The translations under genes were made by a program, and so were the position numbers. A DNA stretch of 64,000 nt from Chloropicon primus (lineage: Eukaryota), in NCBI GenBank assembly GCA_023205875.1, contig CP060756.1, forward strand, positions 620,001-684,000. Reading direction: 5' to 3'. The notes beneath the pieces are model-generated. The model was not told the DNA's origin. It searched no databases and saw only the letters and a list, made by a program, of their open reading frames with translations. This document shows, piece after piece, positions 23,739 to 32,700 of this stretch (position 1 is its first letter; every line of letters starts with the position of its first letter).

Positions 23739-26700
23739 TCACACATTCTGAAGAACACCGTAATTGATCTTGCCCTGCGCGGAGGGGAAGATTTCAGGGT
23801 AGCCCGTAGCAGGCTCAGGCGCGACCTTGTGGGTCTTCTCTGCGCCTCTTCCGCAGCACCTCGAGCAGGACCTCATGCACTGCCTATAGAAAAGGGCCCA
23901 GATCAGGATGAAGCCCGTGCAAGCAGCGATGCCAATGATGCTCTCTTCGCTTACCCTCGGCTCTCCCTCCTTTGTCGTGATCTGAATTGGAGGTGTCAAG
24001 TCGTCAGGGTTCTCGCTCTTCATGGTCACGGCGACCACGGGGTAGCTTATCGAAAACTCGTTGCTCACGATCTTCTCTTGCAGGTCACTCGCGACACCCG
24101 CTGCAGGCTTTGCAGGGTCATCAAGGATGTAAAAGTCGAAGACAGTGGAACCTGGAGTCGCACCCAGGATCATGATGCGCTCTTTCGCGATCCCGAGCTC
24201 CTTCACGAGGTCGTCCTTGAAGACATTCTGGTGGAACTCTGGCGCCTTGAGGTAGTCTTGGAAAGGAAGCTTGACTTTCATGGTGACCTTGACGGGATCC
24301 AAGATGCAGGAGCCGTCGTCCTTGTTCGCCTTTGCGTCAAAATTCACAGACTTTGCGTTTGTGCAGCCTGGGAACACGCAAGAGGCGTCCAGGACGGTTG
24401 CCAGAGGGTTGAAATTCTCCGCAGAAGCGTCGGTGCAACCAAATAGAGTGAAGGAAAACTTCCCTGGCGCGGAAACTGCGCCGTTCACGTCGATGAGCAC
24501 AGGCACGTCGATGCCTTCGCCCTCGGGCACTCTGCAGGTCAACTTGGTGTGAGGAATCAGCATCGCGATATCCGTGCACACGAAAGAGCCCAGGCCGACA
24601 GTGACGTCCTTTGCATCAGAGCCAAAGTCCTGCCCCGCGATCGTGATGACCGCCCCCTTGGCTCCAGTGGTGGGAGAGATGCTGCCAATGCTCGAGGGCC
24701 TGTACGAAAAGTCGCTTCCGGAGATCCCTTGGCCGTCCACGTTGAGCTCCCAGGCGACCTTTGCCCCCGTACCGGCTGCGACGCTGCAGGTCATGGAAGT
24801 GTCCGTCGCCACAACCTTCAGGTTGGTGCAAGGCGCGGCATTGATCGTCATGGAGCTGAGCGACGCAGATGACCCGAAGCCCGTGCCAGTTATCGTCACG
24901 ACGCCCCCGGAGGTCGAGACCTTTGACATGGACGTGATTGTCGGTGGCAAGTACGAGAATGATGGCTCGTCCAGGCCAACGACGCTCGTCGTGTGGTACT
25001 GGGATTCCACGCCATCGCCATACGGGACGACGACTTGAACGCCCCTCTTCAGCCCCGTGCTCACAGGAGCAACGAAGGTGAACTGAGTGTCGTCCGTCAC
25101 CATGCTCACCGTGGTCGCAAAATGGACTTGATCGCTGTTCTTGGTGTCCATATCCGTCATCAGAGAAAGCCCGATGAGTGCCCCGCTCTTTCCAAAGTTG
25201 GTCCCCGTCACGGTGATCGTTTCGCCACCCTTGGCAACCGAAGGGCTGATGCTCTGCACCGTTGGCGTCTTGTACGAGGTGACACTCTTGGTGACAGAAG
25301 CGTAGCCGCCCACCGTGATCGTCGTTGGAAGATTGCTTCCCACGCCGTGGTCCAGGTCGCACTTGGCCCCAACGTCAGCAACGTGAACGGTCGGGTTGGA
25401 GCACGTGATGTTCTTCCCGTCGTGTCCCAGGACGGTGATCCCATTCATGCCTTCTGACCCCACGGGACCCAAGTACTTGCCAGTCAACTCGAGGACTCCG
25501 CCGGCCGTTGCCACTGGAGCCACGGAAGTGATCTCAGGACGAGGGAAGGAGAACAGTTTGGTGTAGTCGAGGTTGTCCCCGATGGGCAGAGGCTTTGGAA
25601 TCTCGCAGCTCGACGCGGAATCCTGGCCCGCAACCTCAATCACAACAGGCAGCTCGTTGCCAAATCCTGGTGGCACGTCGAAAACCAACCGGTAGTCCTT
25701 CGTGAAGGTGTTGGGCAGGCCATAGCTTTGGTCGAGGACCACGGCGTCTTGCACAAAGTACTCGCCGGAACCCGGGTTCGCCTGAATGATGTACTCGGGC
25801 TTCCTTATCTTGGCCTTGATGGCGCCGTTCTGGTCACCAAAATTGGTTCCAGTCACAGTGATCGTATGCACCACGGCCGAGGACGTGAGATCGGGCACGC
25901 TGCCGGTAATGGCTTCGATGCCAGGGCAAACGTACCTGAACTTCTTCGCACCACTCGTGTTGGAATCGATGCTCGAGGCCTCGGTGATCTTGATGAAAAC
26001 GTCAAGGTCCTTGCCGACGCCAGAAGGGGCGGTGCATTTGATTGTGGAGTTCTCCGTCGTAACAGGAGAGGCGCATGCCGCCCCGCCCAAAGTCACCTTG
26101 TAGGGCACCGTGCCCTCCGGACCAAAGTTTCCTCCGGAGATCTCAACCTCCCCGCCAGCCGTGCCGACGGGGGTGACGCCCGTGACGTAAGGCGCGAGAT
26201 AGCTGAAAGTTATGTTCTGATCCAAAACGCTTTCCACCCCGTCAACCACGACTCTCACTGGAACGTTTTCTCCGGCTCCCGGAGGGACCTTGCCGACGAC
26301 TTCGACCATGTCGTCTCCCATGAAGAACATACGGATGGAGCTCTGCTCCGAGAACACCTCCCCGACCTTCAACTTGAGCTTGGTGAAGTCGTCGCCAAAG
26401 TTCTTGCCAGTCACAGTGATCATCGTCTTGCCCGCATTCAGGTCTGCCGTGGTCTGCTGCTTCGGAGCGATCGTCATCGGCTGTGGCGGGTGGTAGGACA
26501 TCTTGTTCTTCCCAGTCTCCGCCGAGTTCTGGGTTCCGACCCCGACCACAATACTGTAGTTTCCTCCGGTGCCTTTGGCGATGTTGCAAGTAATCTCCTT
26601 GTGCCCCACGGACACCGTAATGTTGGTGCACGGCAGAGCGGTGCTTTCCGAGGACGTTATGGTCACCTCGGGCGTTGCCACCCCATTCGTCTCGTCAGGG

Positions 26701-29700
26701 ACTGGGCCGAAATTCTCCCCGGCGATCGTCAGGACTCCCCCGGCTGTGGGGACGTAAGAAGCAGAAGAAACGATTGGCGCAAGATACGAAAGCTTGGCCT
26801 TTCCGGAGTCGCCGCTGCTGGCCCCTCTCATCGTGACAACCACGTCGTGGTTGATCCCCAAGCCCGGGGGAGCCAGGCAGACGATCTCCGTTCCTGACTT
26901 CTTGACCATGGAATCCGAGCAGAGCCCGGACCCCACCGTGATGCTCTCAAAGTAGTTCTGATAGCAGGCCCCCGCAGGCCCAAAGTTTTGCCCCGTGATC
27001 GTGATGGGCGTTCCCTCGGACTTGGACGTCGTAACGCTGCCAATGATGGGGTTGTCGTACGAAAAGCTATTCGTCGTCGTGCCGTTCGACTCCTGCCCGT
27101 TCACGTCAATCACAATCGGCACGTTCTTTCCCACACTCACTGGGACGACGCAGAGGGCCTGGACGTGCGGGGAGCCCTTGACTATCGTGGACGAGAGGCA
27201 GGGAACGCCTCCGCAAGACTCGTCGCCCACGCCCTTCACTTTGATTGTGATCGCGCTGTCTTCGGTTCCAAAGTTCTTTCCGGTAACCACGATCTGGTCT
27301 CCGGCCCTTCCTGCCGCTGGGGCGACGCTGGTGACCTCCGGTGGCGGATAGCTGAACTTTCCCTCCCCCGTGGCTCCAGACTTTTGGCCTGCGATTGTGA
27401 CGTACACATTATACGCCGCTCCCGTTCCCGGCAGGACGTCGCAAGTCATCTCAGTGTCCTCCACCGTCACGATCATGTTCGTGCAAGTCATCGCACCGAC
27501 GGAGGACACGATCTGCACCTCGTCGATCTGCAGCTTTTGGCCCACCGGGCCGAAGCCTCCGCCGACCACGGTGATCTGCCCGCCCTCGGTCGTCGCCGGA
27601 GGCACAGTCGAAGAGACCGTCGGTATCTTGAAGTCCACGTTCCGAGTCGCGAGGGAGGAGTAATCGGCTTCCCTGCCATTGATGAGAACGCTCAGCTGGT
27701 TGGCTTTTCCGAAGCCTGTGGGAACCTTCATGACAATTTCGGTGTCCGAGATCGTCGTGACGTTCGTCTCCTGCCCGACATTCGTGAAGCTCCCGTGAGA
27801 CGCAGACGCTTTCAAGAGGAGGGAGCTCTTGTGGTCCCCAAAGTTGGTACCAGTGATCGTAATCTCCTCGTTCTTCGCGACCAGGGTTGGGGACAACTGC
27901 GTTATCGCAGGCTGGTTGAACTTGAACATGCTCGCGCCCCCCGTGGAAGCGATCCCGTCGATGGTGGCCACGACGTCCATCAACCCGTCCCCGTCCAGGT
28001 CGCTCGCCGCAAAATCGCCTCCGTTCGCTGTAGTCTGCGCTTTTGGCATCTCGCAGGTGATCGTGGTCGCAACAGCGGTCACAGTCGCGCTTGCGCAAGT
28101 CGCTGAGCCGAACTTGACGCTGGTGATCTGGCCCGCGCCAGTGGGCCCAAAGTTCGTTCCGGTCACTGTTATCGTTCCCCCCATGGGCCCGACTGCCGTG
28201 ACGCCGGTCACGGTCGGGGTCCCGTACGTGAACCTGGCGCCATCCGTGTTGACCACGGTGTCCACCTCCACGTAGAGCACCTGGTTTGCTCCGGTGCCCA
28301 GCGGAACCGTTCCAGTGATCTTCGTGCTGCTCAGCACTTGCACATCAGTCAGGTAGTTCTTAGCCCCAGAGCCGCTCACTTTGAAGTACACCGTCGTCTT
28401 CGAAAGTCCAGTCGTTCCCGCGGCGCCGTACCCAAAGTCTGCTCCCTCTATGGTGACCTTCGTGCCGAGGCCGCCGGTGCTCGGTGTGATGCTTGATATC
28501 GTGGGCAAGTTGTAACTGAATTTGCCGTTCCCGGTGGTCTGGGACGTCTCCCCGTTCAGCTTGACCACCACGTTGTAGCCCTGACCGATGCCCTGCTGGA
28601 AGTCGCAAGTAATTGCCGAGGTCGCGACTGTGACTTGGGCGTTCGTGCAAAACTCGCCGTCGATCGTGACGAAGTTGATCTGCGACGTGCCCACGGGTCC
28701 GAAGTGCTTTCCTGTGATGGTCACCGTGCCTCCCGACGTTGGAATCGTGCTCACGGACGTGACCTGAGGGCCATAGTAGGACAGGAGACCGTTACCGGTG
28801 GTTCCGGTGTTTTGCCCCCTGATGTAAAGCTGGACGTTCAGGCTCGATCCCGTGCCCGCGGCAGCAGTGAAAACGATCTCGGTGTTCGCCTTCGTGACCG
28901 ACGGGTTGATCGTGCTCAGGCTCTGCTGCACGCCTCCGACGAAGACGCTCTCGATGTTGGCATCGCTTCCCGTGGGACCAAAGTTCGTTCCCGTGACTGT
29001 GACTGGGCCCCCGAACATGGAGACGTCCGAGACGCTCGTGATGCTTGGGCCGGAATAAGCGTACTCGCCGGTGCCCGTCTGGCCTTCCACCGCAACAGCG
29101 ACCTGCACCCCGGAGATGACGGTCTTGTCGAGGTAAGCAGGGGCCGTGCAGGTGATCTGCGTGTGCCCTGCGGAAATGACAGGGCTCGTGCAAGCGTTGC
29201 CAGCGATCGTCACGCTCAAAGATGGGTCCGCCGCGGTCGGAACCTTCTTCGTGGCATCCCCCGCCGCTGGACCAAAGTTCGTGCCCGTGATGGTCACGGT
29301 GTCCCCGCCAAAGTAGGACGTCGTGGTCGAGGAAGATATCAAGGGAATGCTGTATCCGAACTTTGCGGTCCCGCCCGTGGCGGCAATGGCGTTGACGCTG
29401 AAGGCGACGTCGTAGTTCCTACCCGCACCAGGACCGAATAGGCACATCGCTTGGGTGTCCGCCACGGTGATGTAGGGGTTCGCGCACTCGACCCCACCAA
29501 TCGTCAAGGACGTCAAGGCTTGAGATGGACCAAAGTTCGTTCCAGTGATGGTGACCCACGCCCCAGCAGTGGTGGAGTAGGCCCCGTACCCAGTAGTCGT
29601 CCATGTTGGGCCCGTCGAGATCGCAGCGACTGAGGTCACCGCTGGGGCCACGTACGAAAAGGCCGTGTCCCCGCCCGTAGCCGTCTGCCCCCCGATCACG

Positions 29701-32700
29701 AGGGTCACGGCGAGCCCTTGGCCGGAGCCCGCCGGCGCCTTTGCCGTGATCTGCGTGTTCGCAACAGACACCGTGGCTTCCGTGAAGTCCACTTGGGTTC
29801 CCGTCGTCGCGTCCGTGGTCAGCTTCAAGCTCGTGATCTCCGTCGCTCCGAGCGGCCCAAAGTTCGTTCCAGTGATCGTAACGGTCGCTCCCGCCGTGCT
29901 GCTTTGGGTGACGGAGGTGATCGTCGGGGGCTCGTACCTCATCTGCGCGGCATTCGTGGCGAGGGCTCCGGCCGTCGTGCCGTTCACCGAGACCGTGAAG
30001 GAGAACGTCTTGGTTCCAGCGCCCGGGGGGGCGGTGAATGTGATCGCCGTGTTCGCAGTCGCGACCGTGGCACTGCTGCCGGCCGGCGTCACCGCAGTGG
30101 AAGAGCTGTCCCAAACAATTTTCATGATGTTGGCCGTGCCCACGGGCCCAAAGTTGGTGCCCGACACGGTGAGGGTGCCTCCGGCCGTTGGCACCGTCGT
30201 CGCGATCAAGTTTCCTGAATCGACCGTGATGGTGGGCCCGGAGAAGTCCAAGATCCCGTCACCCCCAGTGGACTGGATGTTGTTCACGGTGACGACCACG
30301 CTGTAATCGTCGCCGATGTGCTCCTTGAAGTACCCCTGGATCTGGGTCCCGGACGTCACCACGGACACCGTCGTGGCAGTCTCAAACTCTTTTCCGTAGG
30401 TGTAAGAAGCAGAACCCGTGCAAGTGGAGCTCGAGGTGAGAGCGCACATCTTTATGGAGTTGATGTGCGTCCCGTCCCCGAAGTTCTTGCCGGTGATGAC
30501 AACTGGGGTGTTGCCCTTCACGCCGTGGTAATTGATCGCAGGGACGGCGGTGATGACCGGGCCCTCGTACTTGAGCAAGCCATTTCCGGTCGTGCCGCTC
30601 GTCTGCCCGTCAATGGTCACGGACACGTCTCGAGTAGCGTCGTTGCAGACCGTGGAGCAGGTAATCGTGCACGTCAGCGAGGTGTGCGAGGACACCGTCG
30701 GGGACGAGCACGTGGTGGTGCCGTCCCCCGTGACCGTGACCGATATCTTCGTGGCACTCAGACCGGTGGGCCCCAAGTTCGTTCCCGCCAGGACCAGGGA
30801 GCCACCGAAGATGGACGGCTTCGTGGTGATCGAGGTCACCGTCGGCCCGTTGTAGGAGAAGAGCGTGTTCGTGTCCGACGCCTGCCCGCCCATGGTGACA
30901 ATGGCAGGGTAGCCCGTGCCCGTGCCCCCCGTGGTGTAGCTGCCGACAATCTTGGTGTGAGCCTCGGTGATCGAGGGGTTGCTCACGGCGGCGCTGTTCA
31001 GGGTCACGGACTCCACGCTCGATCCGGTGGGACCGAAGTTCGTGCCCGTTATCGTGACGGTGCCTCCCACGGTGTCCACCGATGTGACGGAGGTCACCGT
31101 GGGCTTTGCGTACTTGAACACCGTGTTCGCGGAGGACGTGATGGACGCCCCGTTCGTGAGCTTGACCTGCAGATCGAGATTGCCCCCGAACCCGGCCGGG
31201 ACCGTGCACTTGAGGCTCGTGTGCGAGACCACCGTCACCGAGGAGCAATCGTAAGTCCCCGCCTTCACGGTCACGTAAGTGTTCCCAGCAGGACCAAAGC
31301 TCGTTCCCGTCACGGTGATCTCTCCTCCGGTTGTGACGATCCCGTTCGCCGGCGTCATCGATGCAACGGTCGGGTTGGCCACGACAAGCTTCTCGTTGCC
31401 GGTGGCGCCACTGTCGAGGGTGCCGTCAAACATCTTCACCGTGATCTTCGTGTTGATCGGCACGCCTGTTCCCATCGTACAAGTGATCTTCGTGTTCGCG
31501 GTCGTCACTTGCGGATTGGTGCAAGCGATCGTGCTGGAGCACGTGGCGTCCGCGCAAAGCGTCACCCCCGCGGTCGAGTACGTTCCCGTGTTGAAATAAT
31601 CCGCAGTCGCCTTGACGGGCCCAAAGTTGTCTCCCGTGATCGTGATCACACCCCCCGATGTCGGGGCGCTGCTCACGGAGGTGATCACTGGGCCGATGTA
31701 CGAAAACTTTCCGGTTCCCCCGGAGGAGGCCTGGTTGAACAGCGTCATGCTGATGTCCGCACCCTGGGTCGACAGCGGGGCGGTGCTCGTCGCAGGACTC
31801 GTCGTCGCGGTGATTTGGGTGTCGCTCACCACCTCCTTGGTGCCCGTGTTCACCTGGGTGCCGCCGATGGTCAAAGTCTCCGTGCCGTACGTCGCGTCCG
31901 CGTTGCCAAACGTTCTCGCGGGCCCGAAGTTCCTTCCGGTGATCGTGATCGCGGTGCTGGACGTCGGCCCCCCGCCGAACTGCGATCCCGTGGACGTCCC
32001 GGTGATCACGGGGCCCTCGTACGAGAAGGCTGTGAAGGTGTTCGACGTCTGGCCGCCCACCACCAAGGACACCGTTGGAGTCATCGTGTTCCCGGTGGTC
32101 TTGTAGTCCTTAAAGTACGCGCAGATCGTGGTGTGCTCCGTGGAAGTCTTCGGGGTGCACTTCCCCGAGGGAGTGTCGTTGGTGTTGGTCCCCACGGTCG
32201 CGTGCACAAAGAACCCGCTGCTCCCTATGTTGACCCTCGTGACGGCTTGGTTCAGGGGACCAAAGTTCCTCCCCGTGATGGTCACCTCCGCTCCGTGGAA
32301 CGACACGGTCCCGATCGAGGTGATTACGGGTCCTTCGTACTGGAACTTGGAGGACCCCGTCCCCGTGAGGCTGTCGCAAACCACCTGAACGTCGTAAAGC
32401 TTGGTCAGGTCGTCCGTGTTCGCGGCAGTCGCCACCGAGGCGGCGGGCATCGTGCAAGTGAACTCCGTGTGGGCCGTGCTCACCGTGGCCGACGTGCAGG
32501 CGAAGGACGTCCCGCCCCCGCTCGGGGTGATCGTAACGGTCAAGCTCGTGTCTTTTGGACCAAAGTTCGTGCCGGTGAAGGTTGTGGTGTAGCCCAAGAA
32601 GCTCCCGAGGGCCTTGGTCGAGATGCTCGGCACGCTGTACGAGAACTTGCCGTTCCCCGTGGCCCCACTCGACAGGGTGCTGACCGTCACCGTGACGTCC